Positions 1 to 9,683 are shown, counted from the first letter of the stretch. The stretch is DNA of 64,000 nt from an uncultured Gemmatimonadales bacterium (GCA_963795085.1 CAWCFX010000006.1:576001-640000); one strand, 5' to 3'. Program-made: numbers and translations. The notes: a model not told the origin generated them from the letters alone.

Positions 1-1008
1 GGGCTGGCCGTCGCCGGCTTCCTGGGTTTCTCGCTCCTGCTCGTGGGCGGCCGGTCCTTCCGGATCAGCGTCGCCGCGCTGGCGGCAGGCGTTTTGCTCT
101 CAGTCCCGACGTTCTATCACCTCTTCACCCAGGGCGGCCAGGGCGCCTCGATCAACGCGCCGGGGCTGATCGGGCTGAAGCTGGTCAACATGGCGGTCAA
201 TTTCGTCGTCCTCCTCCCGCTGGCGCTGCTGGCGTTCCGGCGCCGCTTCGGCGCGTTGGGGGGCCCGATGCGGGCGATCGTCCTCACCGGTATCCTGCTG
301 ATCCTGGCGATGGTGACGGTGCACCTGGAAGAGGGCAACGAGCACAACCTCACCAACGCGGCGCAGGTGATCCTGGCGGCGCCGGCCGTGGCGGCCATGC
401 TGGTGCGGAGAGATGGAACCTTCCAGGACCGTCCCGGCCGAAGGCTGGCCCTGCTGGCCCTGGTCTTCCTCCCGGTTGCCGCGGGCACCTGGGTGGCGTT
501 CGATGGCCGGCCGCCCCTGCCCTTCCGGGCCGCCCACGGCGTCCTGGTCCGGACCCCGGAGACCGACCCGCTGCCGATGCTCTACACCTGGCTCAAGGAG
601 AACACCGCCGAGAATGCGATCATTGTCGTGGATCCCGAAACCCCGGTGAAAATGTCCGGCAACGTCTCCGAGCTGCCGGCGTTCACCGCCCGCACGCTGT
701 TCGTGGATCATCCCAGCTACCTCACCACCCCCTACCCGGACCGGGACCGCCGCGTCGCGATTGCGCGGAGCCTGATCGCGGGAGCGGTGCCGGGCAGCGA
801 AGACCAGGCCTACCTCTGGCGGGTCCGCCGGAGCGGGAACCCCGGCGGGGGACGCCCCCGCCCGCTCTACCTGGTGAGCCATGCGGCGGACCGGCCCGGG
901 GTGCTGGCCCGGCTCACCGCGGCCAACGGGACACCGCTGTTTCACCGGGAGTTCGTGGCTGTCTTCCAGGTACCGGAGCGCTCCGTCCTTCCGGCGAGGG
1001 CCCCATGA
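1..1008 (+). CDS. Multi-TM membrane protein with C-terminal periplasmic domain, probable GT-C-type glycosyltransferase (5'-truncated by window)
   Basis: Frame is open from base 1 (GLAVAGFLGFSLLL...). Several hydrophobic helices precede a soluble tail (LYTWLKENTAENAIIVVDP...PAFTARTLF) of the kind found on GT-C proteins. ATGA overlap with ubiA. Confidence 0.55.
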   Translation, partial: GLAVAGFLGFSLLLVGGRSFRISVAALAAGVLLSVPTFYHLFTQGGQGASINAPGLIGLKLVNMAVNFVVLLPLALLAFRRRFGALGGPMRAIVLTGILLILAMVTVHLEEGNEHNLTNAAQVILAAPAVAAMLVRRDGTFQDRPGRRLALLALVFLPVAAGTWVAFDGRPPLPFRAAHGVLVRTPETDPLPMLYTWLKENTAENAIIVVDPETPVKMSGNVSELPAFTARTLFVDHPSYLTTPYPDRDRRVAIARSLIAGAVPGSEDQAYLWRVRRSGNPGGGRPRPLYLVSHAADRPGVLARLTAANGTPLFHREFVAVFQVPERSVLPARAP

Positions 1009-1883
1009 CCATCGTTCGCGCCTGGATCCGGGAGATCCGCCCGCACCAGTGGGCCAAGAACCTGCTCATTTTCGTGCCGGCCATGGCGGCCCACCTGGAA
1101 TGGAACCGGGGCCAGGTCATCAGCCTGCTCGCCGGGTTCGCCGCATTCTCCCTGCTCGCCTCGTCGGTCTACGTAGTGAACGACCTGGTGGATATCGCCA
1201 ACGACCGGCAGCATGCCACCAAGAAGAACCGGCCCATCGCGGCCGGCGCCATCAGCCCGGCGGCGGCGGTCGCCGGCGCCGCGCTGCTGGTGATCCTCGC
1301 GGCCTTGATTACCTGGCGGCTTCCCCGCGAGTTCCAGTTCACGCTCGCGACCTACCTGGTCATCACCACCGCCTATTCGTTCCTGCTCAAGCGGCGGGTG
1401 CTGCTGGACGTGATCTGCCTCGCCAGCCTGTACACCATTCGGGTGGTCGCCGGCTCCACGCTGGTGGAGGCGCCCCTCTCCCAATGGTTCCTGGCCTTCT
1501 CGATCTTTTTCTTCTTCTCCCTGGCCCTGGTCAAGCGGGTCGCCGAGTTGCGGCCGCTGGTGGCGAAGGAAGAAAAGGCGGTCGCGGGACGCGGCTACCT
1601 GGCGCCCGACCTGCCGGCTCTCACCTCGCTCGGCACCGCCGCCTCAATGGCGAGTTCGCTGGTGTTCTGCCTGTACATTACCAGCGACGAAGTGACCCGG
1701 CTCTACTCCCACCCGACCCTGCTCTGGGTGGGCCTCCCGCTCTTCCTCTACTGGCAGGCACGGGTGTGGCTGCTGACCTCCCGCGGCCGGATGAACGAAG
1801 ACCCGGTAGTCTTCGCGCTCAAGGACCAGATGAGCTATCTCATCGCCCTCGGCTTCCTGGTGACCATCTGGCTGGCGACATGA
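1005..1883 (+). CDS. ubiA: UbiA-family decaprenyl-phosphate phosphoribosyltransferase (DPPR synthase-like)
   Basis: RPHQWAKNLLIF, YVVNDLVDIANDRQHATKKNRPIAAG, LALVKRVAEL and EDPVVFALKD motifs. Lies directly before dprE1/dprE2-like genes. Confidence 0.9.
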   Translation: MTIVRAWIREIRPHQWAKNLLIFVPAMAAHLEWNRGQVISLLAGFAAFSLLASSVYVVNDLVDIANDRQHATKKNRPIAAGAISPAAAVAGAALLVILAALITWRLPREFQFTLATYLVITTAYSFLLKRRVLLDVICLASLYTIRVVAGSTLVEAPLSQWFLAFSIFFFFSLALVKRVAELRPLVAKEEKAVAGRGYLAPDLPALTSLGTAASMASSLVFCLYITSDEVTRLYSHPTLLWVGLPLFLYWQARVWLLTSRGRMNEDPVVFALKDQMSYLIALGFLVTIWLAT

Positions 1884-3244
1884 CCGGGAACCTCCCCGCG
1901 GCGACGCTCTCCGGGTGGGGGCGGTTTCCGTCGGCCGACACCCGCCTGGCCCGGCCGGAGCAGATGCAGGGGCTGGGGGAGGAGATCCGGTCCCATGCCC
2001 AGATGATTCCCCGCGGGCTGGGCCGCAGCTACGGCGATGCCGCGGTCAGCCCCGGCGGCGTCACCCTGCTGGTGGAGCGGCTCAACCGCTTCCTCGGGTT
2101 CGACCCGGCCAGCGGCGAGCTCCGCTGCGAAGCGGGCGTGACCATCGAAGACCTCCTGGTCCACCTGCTTCCGCAGGGATTTTTTCCCCCGGTGACACCG
2201 GGGACCAGGTACGTCACCCTGGGCGGGGCGCTGGCCGCCGACGTGCACGGCAAGAGCCACCACAAGGACGGCGCCTTCTCCCGGCACGTGAACTGGTTCA
2301 ACCTGGTGACCGCGGACGGCGAAACCCGCCGCTGCAGCCGGGACGAGCAGCCGGACCTGTTCTGGGCCACCCTGGGCGGGATGGGACTCACCGGCGTCAT
2401 CACCGATGTGAGCTTCCGGATGAAACGGGTGGAAAGCGCCTACCTGTCCGTGGACTACGAGAAAGCCCGGAACATCGACGCCGCCCTGGAGTTGTTCGAA
2501 ACCACCGACCAGCGCTACACCGACTCCGTCGCCTGGATCGACTGTCTCACCCGCGGCCCGGCGCTGGGACGGAGCGTGTTGATGCGGGGCAACTGGGCGC
2601 CGGCGAGCGCCCTGCCGCCCCGCCTCGCCGAAGCGCCCCTGCTCGTGAAGTCCGCCGGCCGGAAATCGATTCCCTTCGATGCGCCCGGTTTCGCGCTCAA
2701 TCCGCTCAGCGTCAAGCTCTTCAACGCGGTGTTCTATCACCGCCACCCGATCGGCCGGAATATCCTGGTCCCCTACGAGCCATTCTTCTATCCGCTCGAC
2801 CGGATCCGGCACTGGAACCGGCTCTATGGCAAGCGAGGTTTCCTGCAGTACCAGTGCGTGCTCCCCTTCGCGGGGGGGCGGGAGGGGTTGATCCGGATAC
2901 TGGAACTGCTCTCGTCCGAGGGGCACGCCTCTTTTCTTGCCGTTCTCAAGCGGTTCGGCGAAAACGAGCCAGGCCAACTGCTGTCCTTTCCCCGCCCCGG
3001 GTACACCCTGGCGGTGGACCTGCCCCGGGATGGGGAGCGCCAGGACCGCCTGCTGGCGGACCTGGACCGGGTGGTCCTGGAACGGGGCGGCCGGGTCTAC
3101 CTCGCCAAGGACGCGCGGCTCAGCGCCGAGACGTTCCTGGCCATGTACCCGGAGACCGGCCGCTGGCTCGAGATCAAGCGGCGGATCGATCCGGAGCGCC
3201 GCTTCTCTTCCTCGCTCTCCCGCCGGCTGGGGCTGGACGGATGA
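1880..3244 (+). CDS. dprE1: FAD-binding oxidoreductase, decaprenylphosphoryl-beta-D-ribose oxidase (DprE1-like)
   Basis: LSGWGR, PRGLGRSYGDAA, TPGTRYVTLGGALAADVHGKSHH, GFLQYQ, SFLAVLKRFG and GGRVYLAKD motifs. ATG at 1880 overlaps the ubiA stop (ATGA). Confidence 0.9.
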   Translation: MTGNLPAATLSGWGRFPSADTRLARPEQMQGLGEEIRSHAQMIPRGLGRSYGDAAVSPGGVTLLVERLNRFLGFDPASGELRCEAGVTIEDLLVHLLPQGFFPPVTPGTRYVTLGGALAADVHGKSHHKDGAFSRHVNWFNLVTADGETRRCSRDEQPDLFWATLGGMGLTGVITDVSFRMKRVESAYLSVDYEKARNIDAALELFETTDQRYTDSVAWIDCLTRGPALGRSVLMRGNWAPASALPPRLAEAPLLVKSAGRKSIPFDAPGFALNPLSVKLFNAVFYHRHPIGRNILVPYEPFFYPLDRIRHWNRLYGKRGFLQYQCVLPFAGGREGLIRILELLSSEGHASFLAVLKRFGENEPGQLLSFPRPGYTLAVDLPRDGERQDRLLADLDRVVLERGGRVYLAKDARLSAETFLAMYPETGRWLEIKRRIDPERRFSSSLSRRLGLDG

Positions 3245-4005
3245 TCGTGCTACCCAGGAGCCACCGGGGCACCGTCCTGGTGCTGGGCGCCACCTCCACC
3301 ATCACCCGGCACGCCGCGGCGGCCTTCGCCCGCCGTGGCTACGACCTGTGCCTCGCCGCGCGCCAGGCCGACGAAGTGGGGCGCATCGCCAGCGATCTGC
3401 GCCTGCGCTACGGCATCAACGTCGAACCAGTGACCTTCGACGCGGCCGACAGCGCCTCGGCGGAACGAATGCTGACCCTGGTGATGGACGAATCCTTCGG
3501 GGATCTCTCCGGCGTGGTGCTGGGCTTCGGCATCCTGGGCGAACAGGCCAACGCCCAGGACGACCCCGCGGCGGCCCACCGGATCATCGCGGTCAACTTC
3601 AGCGCCGCGGTGAGCCTGCTGACGCCGCTGGCCAACTTCTTCGAGGAGCGGGGCCGCGGGTTCATCGGGGTGATCGGATCGGTGGCGGGCGACCGGGGGC
3701 GGCAGAGCAACTACGTCTATGGGTCCGCCAAAGGCGGGCTGGCGATCTATCTCCAGGGCCTGCGCCAGCGGCTGGCCAAGGGCGGGGTCTCGGTCACCAC
3801 CATCAAGCCCGGGTTCGTGGATACCAGGATGACCTACGGGCTGCCCGGGATGTTCCTGGTCGCCGATCCGGCCGACGTCGGCGAGGCGATCGCCCGGGCG
3901 ATCGAGAAAAAGAAGGCGGTCGCCTATATCCCGTGGTTCTGGCGCTGGATCATGCTGATCATCAAGCTGATCCCGGAGCCGGTGTTCGTGCGGATGAAAA
4001 TCTAG
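3241..4005 (+). CDS. dprE2: SDR oxidoreductase, DprE2-like reductase
   Basis: VLVLGATSTI, SVAGDRGRQSNYVYGSAKGG (YxxxK) and IKPGFVDTRMT motifs. ATGA-coupled to dprE1. Confidence 0.85.
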   Translation: MIVLPRSHRGTVLVLGATSTITRHAAAAFARRGYDLCLAARQADEVGRIASDLRLRYGINVEPVTFDAADSASAERMLTLVMDESFGDLSGVVLGFGILGEQANAQDDPAAAHRIIAVNFSAAVSLLTPLANFFEERGRGFIGVIGSVAGDRGRQSNYVYGSAKGGLAIYLQGLRQRLAKGGVSVTTIKPGFVDTRMTYGLPGMFLVADPADVGEAIARAIEKKKAVAYIPWFWRWIMLIIKLIPEPVFVRMKI

Positions 4006-4025
4006 CGCGCCAGGGAACAGCCGAT

Positions 4026-4086
4026 ACGACAAAACACGAAAACCGAGAAATTTACAATACCACTGTCTTGGTTTCGTATTTTTGGT
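4026..4086. repeat. Degenerate AT-rich inverted repeat between convergent genes (REP-like relic or terminator)
   Basis: ACGACAAAACACGAAAACCGAGA ... TCTTGGTTTCGTATTTTTGGT, an imperfect complement in an AT-rich spacer. Confidence 0.4.
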
Positions 4087-4138
4087 ACTTGTTCTCTTGT
4101 AGTACCGGCAGTGTCGAGTGTGCTCACGTCTCTTCAGG

Positions 4139-4870
4139 TCAGGAACCCCGCCGGTACCGGGCAAAGGTCCGGGTCCCGATAAACCAGTCTTTCATGCCGA
4201 TCTTCTTCCCCTCTGCCTTGGTGCGGGGGAAATACTTGATGGGCACCTCCCGGATGACGCAGCCCCGCGCGAGGACCCGCGCCGTAATCTCGTGATCCAG
4301 CTCGAAGCCCGAGGTCTCCAGCGGCAGCGACTGGATCAGCGCCGTGCGAAACAGCTTGAGGGCGGTCACCGTGTCCGAGATGTACGAACCGGTACACAGG
4401 AGGGCCACGAAGCTCAGGCTCTGCCCGCCGGCATAGGCCAGCAACCCCTGGTTGGGGTGCTTGCCGGTCAGCAGGTTCTTGAGCCGGCTCCCGTCAGGAT
4501 ACTTCATGTAGCGGCTGCCGTACACCGCGTCCACCCCCGGCTCCATGAGCTTTCGGAACATCGGGATGTAGTCCGCCGGGTCGTACTCCAGGTCGGCGTC
4601 CTGGATGATCAGGTAGGCGCCGGTCGCCAGCCCGATCCCCGCCCGCACCGCCGCACCTTTGCCCGCGTTTGCCGGCTGGTTGTGCAGACGAACCCCTGCA
4701 AACCCGGCGACGATCTCCGCCGTGCGGTCTCGGGAGCAGTCGTTGACGACGATAATTTCCTTCTCCAGCCCCAGGGATGACAGGTCGAGGGCAAGAATCC
4801 GTTCCAGCAGGGTGCCGATGAACCGCTCCTCGTTATAGGCAGGAATCACGATGGATAACGTTTCACTCAT
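4139..4870 (-). CDS. GT2 glycosyltransferase, DPM1/polyprenol-phosphate sugar synthase-like
   Basis: LSIVIPAYNEE, IIVVNDCSRDRT, NAGKGAAVRAG, IIQDADLEYDP, DAVYGSR and EGKKIG motifs. ATG at 4870 overlaps the upstream stop. Confidence 0.9.
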   Translation of the reverse strand: MSETLSIVIPAYNEERFIGTLLERILALDLSSLGLEKEIIVVNDCSRDRTAEIVAGFAGVRLHNQPANAGKGAAVRAGIGLATGAYLIIQDADLEYDPADYIPMFRKLMEPGVDAVYGSRYMKYPDGSRLKNLLTGKHPNQGLLAYAGGQSLSFVALLCTGSYISDTVTALKLFRTALIQSLPLETSGFELDHEITARVLARGCVIREVPIKYFPRTKAEGKKIGMKDWFIGTRTFARYRRGS

Positions 4871-5613
4871 GGATTTCCGCCCAGGTGCGAGGCCACGCGG
4901 GCCAGTTCGTCCGGAGTGTTGATACCGACCGCCTCCATCGCCCCGGTTGCCGGCACGGTGCAGACCCGGCCCTGGCGCGCCAGCCATGGAATGAAGGGCA
5001 GGAAATTCCGTTCGCCGGTGGCCCGGCCCCGCGGGGCAACGGCGGCGTAGGCGGGCAGGCCGGTCAGGTATATCTCCCGGGTGAGCGCGAACAGCCCGAT
5101 ATCCCCTTCCCCCTCGGGGGGCATGCGATCGCCCTCCCGCCGGTGCAGCACGCCATTGATGGACCCGGCGCCGTCCCGGGAAAAATGGATATAGGGTTCC
5201 GCACCGACGAGGGTCGGAAAGGCCAGCCCGGGACGGGGGTCCGCCTCCATGGCGGCCGCGAGGCGAGCCGCCGTCTCTTCCGCTACGGCGACCTGGTCGC
5301 ACCAGGTGATCCAGACCTCGTCCGGCATGATCTCTCCCACTCGAAGCCGGGGAATCAGGACCGCGTCCAGCATGCCGGTGGGCGACTCCTGGACCAGCAA
5401 CTCGATCCGCTCGGGCCGCCCGGCGCAATGCCGCCCGGCGAGGGGAGCGCCGGCCGGGCTTACCACGACCAGGAAACGGTCCACCCGGTCCCGGTACCGT
5501 GCGAACAGCCAGTCAATCATCGGCCGGCCATGCACCGGCACCAGCAGCTTGGGCAGCTCAGATCCCAGGCGGGACCCCCGGCCGGCAGCCGGAACGATCA
5601 GCACGCGGCTCAC
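4867..5613 (-). CDS. Sugar-phosphate nucleotidyltransferase (GlmU N-terminal/MobA-like NTP transferase)
   Basis: VPAAGRGSRLGSELPKLLVPVHGRPMI, VQESPTG, TWCDQ and GINTPDEL motifs. Confidence 0.85.
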   Translation of the reverse strand: MSRVLIVPAAGRGSRLGSELPKLLVPVHGRPMIDWLFARYRDRVDRFLVVVSPAGAPLAGRHCAGRPERIELLVQESPTGMLDAVLIPRLRVGEIMPDEVWITWCDQVAVAEETAARLAAAMEADPRPGLAFPTLVGAEPYIHFSRDGAGSINGVLHRREGDRMPPEGEGDIGLFALTREIYLTGLPAYAAVAPRGRATGERNFLPFIPWLARQGRVCTVPATGAMEAVGINTPDELARVASHLGGNP

Positions 5614-6266
5614 GCCACCGGCTCCAGGATGACGGGAACCAGCTCGGCCAGGTCTGGAAAACTCCCCAGGAAACGAACGTGGGCCAGGGCCTCTCCGGAC
5701 CGTACCGAGGCGACCCAGGCGCCGGCGGCGATGCCGGCCAGGATCCCGGCCCGGCTGTCTTCCACGACCAGGGTCGCGGAGGGATCGCCGCCCGCCAGCC
5801 GGATAGCGGCGGCGAAGGTATCCGGTGCCGGCTTGCCTTCACGGACATCCTCCGCGGTCACCACCACGGGGAAGAACTGGTCCAGCCCGGCCCGCTCCAG
5901 CAGCATCCGGGTCGTGGCCCGGGAGGCGCCGGTGCCCAGGGCCAGGGACAGTCCGGCCTGCGCCAGCCGGGACACGGCGGGTCGCGCGTCGGCGAATCCG
6001 CCGGTAGCGCCAAGGTACTCCCGGGCCCGCTCCTGCTTGAAGGTCACCCACCGCCGGATATCCGCCTCCGCCGGGGCCGCGGGACCCGTAACCTCCCGCA
6101 CCACGCTTTCGGTGGTGCGGCCGGCGATGGCGGGATAGGGCGGCGGGGCCGTCACCCCCACGCGGGCCCAGAGATCGGCAAAGGCGCGCGCATGGCAGGC
6201 GCTGCTGTCGGTGAGCACGCCATCCATGTCGAAGACGATCAGTTCAAACCGGGGGGGCGGGCTCAC
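5610..6266 (-). CDS. HAD-superfamily phosphatase/beta-phosphoglucomutase-like
   Basis: IVFDMDGVLTDS (motif I), GKPAPD and VVEDSRAGI motifs. GTG at 6266 overlaps the upstream stop (GTGA). Confidence 0.85.
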   Translation of the reverse strand: MSPPPRFELIVFDMDGVLTDSSACHARAFADLWARVGVTAPPPYPAIAGRTTESVVREVTGPAAPAEADIRRWVTFKQERAREYLGATGGFADARPAVSRLAQAGLSLALGTGASRATTRMLLERAGLDQFFPVVVTAEDVREGKPAPDTFAAAIRLAGGDPSATLVVEDSRAGILAGIAAGAWVASVRSGEALAHVRFLGSFPDLAELVPVILEPVA

Positions 6267-8326
6267 TTGGAGAGCGAGGCGGTTTCCGGGAAGAGGTTCT
6301 CCACTGGCGTCTCTTCGACCATGACGTCGACCGAGGACGGCGTGGGCGAGGGCGCCACCGGCCGCCAGCGGCCCCGGAGTATGCTGGCCAGGGAGCCCAG
6401 CCCTTCCGCCACGGTGGTCCGCCGAATCTTCTCGGGTGAGAGCGGAAAGTAGTACACCGGGGTCTCGAACAACTCGGCCCGGCGTCTGAGCAGGCGACCC
6501 AGCACCACCTGATTGAAGTCGCGGCGCTGGTAATCCAGCGGCCCCTCCCGGAGAAACGTGGACCGCACCACGCGGACCCCCGAGAGCGTGTCCGAGATGT
6601 ACCGGCCGTACAGGAGCAGGTAGCTCGCGCTGAGCAGGTGGCTGCCGATATAGCTGATGGCCGCCTTGACGCTCCGGTGCCGGTACACCAGCCGGTATGC
6701 CGCGCTGATATCGTTCACCGACAGGCGGCGGCTTCCCCACACCGCGTCCAGCCTGCCGCCGGCGAGGTGCATCGCCAGGCTGACCATGTCCTCCCCCCGG
6801 TACATCCCGCTCGATTCGAACAGCATGACGTAGTCGAAGGAGGTATCCGCGGCGATCTGCGAGAAGGCCGCCGCGCTGCTGGCGCCCCGGGTCGCGAGGT
6901 TCCGCACCGGGAACGGCAGCGACTCGAGAAATTCCGGCGCGAGGTTCTCGTGGCATTCGTAGAAGACGGTGGCCGTGACGGGCAGGTCGCCGATGCCGGA
7001 CCGGACCATCTCCACGATCGACTCGGCGATCTTGTTGAGCGACTCGGCCTGGACCAGGAGGATGGCCACCCGCTGCCGCTCGCCCCGGCGAAGCAGCGAC
7101 CGGATGAAGGGCGTCAGCACCTTGGAGGCATCGTGGCGGCCGCTCACCCCTTCCTCGTAGTTGCCGATCCGCACCAGCCGGGGATCCTCCAGGCTCTCCA
7201 GGTGGCCGAGCGGAACGTAGGCGCCCGATTCCCGCCGGCCGGGCTCGTTCAGCAGGTAGTGGGTGATCAGCGCCGGGGTCGGCACCGCCAGCTGGTTCTT
7301 CCCCCGCAGGTAGAACAGCGCCTTGTTGATGAGGTCCACCGCGCTGTTGCCGAAGATCTCCGCGTCCTCGTGCAGGTTGGTGATCAGCACCTTGACCGCC
7401 GTGAGGTTCCGCGCGATGGCCCAGCCGATCCCGGGCGTCAGGTAGGACGGGAACAGGCTGGAATGCTGGGTACCCGGCGCATAGACGATGAGGTCGGCGG
7501 CGGCGATCTTTTCGAGCAGGCGCGGGTTGGGCTCCGGGATGACGCTCCGCTCGGCGAGGTACCGCTCCAGCGCGCCGGGGCCGGCATCCGCCAGCCGGGC
7601 CGCTTCCTCCTCCGTGGGCACCCGGTCCAGCAGGTAGATATCCCGCAGGTGCTGTGCGGTGTCCGAGGTGACGATGGCCTCCTCGGTCGCCAGCAGCCGG
7701 CCGTGCTGGTCCACCGCGACCAGGCAGGCATTGCGCCCATCGGTCACGTTCTCCACCAGGCCGGGCTCGAGGTTGAGCAGGGCGCAGTAGTCGTCCACCG
7801 CCGCATTGAAGTTCCGGGCCCGGTGGAGGAAACACCCGGCGAACACCAGGTTGCCGATGCTGCAGTCGCCGAAGCTGAACGGCCGGGACCGGGCCTCCAA
7901 CTCGAACCGGTCCAGCCGGGACGCCACCGCCTCCCGCACCGCGGGGTCCAGGCCCGCGGCGAGGCCGGCCATCGTGGCCTGGAAATCGTCGGACGGGGGC
8001 AGCGGCACCCGCAGCAGCTGGAAGCAGGCAATGGCCTCGGCGAGGCGGTAGCCGGATGGAAACCGGAGGTCGAGGATGGCGACCAGCCCGGGCGCGCAGG
8101 TCCTGAGCTTGACGGCGAGGCGGGAGGCGTTCTTCCGGAAGTCCGACGGACCCAGGGCGTCGCCCAGGAAACGGCGGACCTCCCCCGTGGACAGTCCGTC
8201 GTCGTAGCCGTTGATGGCCAGGGTCAGCGCTATTCGCGGGCTCTTGATCAGCTCGGAGGAGAGGACGCTGGATCCCCGCCCCCCGGTAAAGAGCACCACG
8301 CGAACCATGTCGTCGGCGGCAGTCAC
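6263..8326 (-). CDS. YvcK/CofD (UPF0052)-family domain fused to a C-terminal degenerate DPM-like GT2 domain
   Basis: N-terminal VVLFTGGRGSS, INGYDDGLSTGEVRR, GPSDFRKN, CSIGNL and ADLIVYAPGTQHSSLFP motifs. C-terminal DAVWGSRR...YISDTLSG...ETPVYYFP. Start could be 8344, 8326 or 8308. Confidence 0.8.
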   Translation of the reverse strand: MTAADDMVRVVLFTGGRGSSVLSSELIKSPRIALTLAINGYDDGLSTGEVRRFLGDALGPSDFRKNASRLAVKLRTCAPGLVAILDLRFPSGYRLAEAIACFQLLRVPLPPSDDFQATMAGLAAGLDPAVREAVASRLDRFELEARSRPFSFGDCSIGNLVFAGCFLHRARNFNAAVDDYCALLNLEPGLVENVTDGRNACLVAVDQHGRLLATEEAIVTSDTAQHLRDIYLLDRVPTEEEAARLADAGPGALERYLAERSVIPEPNPRLLEKIAAADLIVYAPGTQHSSLFPSYLTPGIGWAIARNLTAVKVLITNLHEDAEIFGNSAVDLINKALFYLRGKNQLAVPTPALITHYLLNEPGRRESGAYVPLGHLESLEDPRLVRIGNYEEGVSGRHDASKVLTPFIRSLLRRGERQRVAILLVQAESLNKIAESIVEMVRSGIGDLPVTATVFYECHENLAPEFLESLPFPVRNLATRGASSAAAFSQIAADTSFDYVMLFESSGMYRGEDMVSLAMHLAGGRLDAVWGSRRLSVNDISAAYRLVYRHRSVKAAISYIGSHLLSASYLLLYGRYISDTLSGVRVVRSTFLREGPLDYQRRDFNQVVLGRLLRRRAELFETPVYYFPLSPEKIRRTTVAEGLGSLASILRGRWRPVAPSPTPSSVDVMVEETPVENLFPETASLSK

Positions 8327-8330
8327 GGGG

Positions 8331-9653
8331 TCAGGCCGGGGCACCGGCGATGACCGGCGCGGGTATCGAAACGGCCGTTTGTCCCGGCCGGCGGGCGACC
8401 AGTCCGAAGAAGGCGGACTCGTGGAACCAGAGAAAGAGGAGGAACGCCAGGAGCGGCCCCGCCTTGACGATGCTCACCGCCAGGAGGGCCGCCGTAGAGG
8501 TCACCGGGACCAGGTCCCGAAACAACAGCACCAGCACCAGGTTCTGCAACCCTGCCAGCACGAAGATGGTCATGAGGTGGAGCCGGGCGGCCCCCGAGAG
8601 CCGGGAGCTGCCGGAGAGCAGAAAGGCAAGAGGGATAAAGAGCACCGCGAGGTAGTGCTCCCAGACCACCTGGGAAATCAGCAGGCAGAACGCAATCGCC
8701 GCCAGGTAGATAAACAGGCGCCGGGCGGCGGGGGCCCAGGCTTCCGCCCGGCTGCGCCACAGCAACCGCCCGACGGTTCCCACCACCACCACCTTGATCG
8801 CCAGCCGCAGCGCATCCGGAAACCAGCCGCCCGCCCGGGGAACCGGGATGGAGTCGGTGATGGGGCGGAAGGCGTCGGCAATGATGTACAGGGAACTGTT
8901 GAACGGCCACGGTGACGGCTTCCGGCTGCCGCGGCGCAACAGGTCGAGGAACTGCAGATGCAGGTCCAGACCGAACAGCGCCAGCGACAGCAGGCCGGCA
9001 ACCCCGGCCAGGGCTACCAGCGACACGAGGTAGCGCCGCCCCGAGAACAGGGCGAGGAACGCCGGAACGAAAACAAAGGCCGGCTTGACCAGGACAGCCA
9101 GCACCATGCAGAGAGCGGCCAGGACCATTCGCTCCCGCACGTAGGCCATCAGGCCCAGCACCAGGAGCAGGAAGACCACCGGAGTGGTCTGGCCGCCCAC
9201 CCGGTAGATCGTCCAGAAGGGCTGATAGAGCAGCACCAGGCCGGCAAAGACCACCAGGAACCACGAGGTCTCCGCCGGTGACTTCGCCGGAGGCTTGAAT
9301 TCGCGGTACAGGAGCACCAGGGCCGCGGCGTAGGCGAGGGTCCCGGCCAGCTTGAGGACGATCAGGGCGATGCCCGGCGGGAAAAGCGCCAGGGGCGCAT
9401 AGAACAGGGCCGAAATGGGCGCACCCCAGAACGCCATCTTGCCTTGCGGGGCGCTGCCGGCGATCGGGGTGTCGGGATTGTAAATATCGAGCAACTGGCC
9501 GTGGGCCGCCCGCCGCCCGGTATCGTAGAAGTTGGCGAAATCCCAGCCATGCCCTGCAGGCACCAGAATGGCCGCGGTCGCCATGACGAGCGCCGCGGCC
9601 AGGATCAGTCGAAACAGGGTTTGCTGCTTGGGGGCAGAGTCTGACAATGTCAC
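8331..9653 (-). CDS. GT87/DUF2029-like polyprenol-dependent membrane glycosyltransferase
   Basis: WDFANFYDTG, GGQTT, LAVLVKP, NSSL and VVWEHY motifs in a multi-TM protein. Confidence 0.75.
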   Translation of the reverse strand: MTLSDSAPKQQTLFRLILAAALVMATAAILVPAGHGWDFANFYDTGRRAAHGQLLDIYNPDTPIAGSAPQGKMAFWGAPISALFYAPLALFPPGIALIVLKLAGTLAYAAALVLLYREFKPPAKSPAETSWFLVVFAGLVLLYQPFWTIYRVGGQTTPVVFLLLVLGLMAYVRERMVLAALCMVLAVLVKPAFVFVPAFLALFSGRRYLVSLVALAGVAGLLSLALFGLDLHLQFLDLLRRGSRKPSPWPFNSSLYIIADAFRPITDSIPVPRAGGWFPDALRLAIKVVVVGTVGRLLWRSRAEAWAPAARRLFIYLAAIAFCLLISQVVWEHYLAVLFIPLAFLLSGSSRLSGAARLHLMTIFVLAGLQNLVLVLLFRDLVPVTSTAALLAVSIVKAGPLLAFLLFLWFHESAFFGLVARRPGQTAVSIPAPVIAGAPA

Positions 9654-9683
9654 GTTGACGGCCCTTGATCAGCAGCCGGCGGG

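Noticed and set aside
881..4005. Apparent 787-aa and 696-aa fusion ORFs
   Set aside because: The N-terminal extensions are out-of-frame read-through of upstream genes. The real starts at 1880 and 3241 are marked by ATGA overlaps.
6263..8326. Coenzyme F420 biosynthesis (cofD)
   Set aside because: No cofC/E/G/H context; the motifs and GT2 fusion point to a glycan role.
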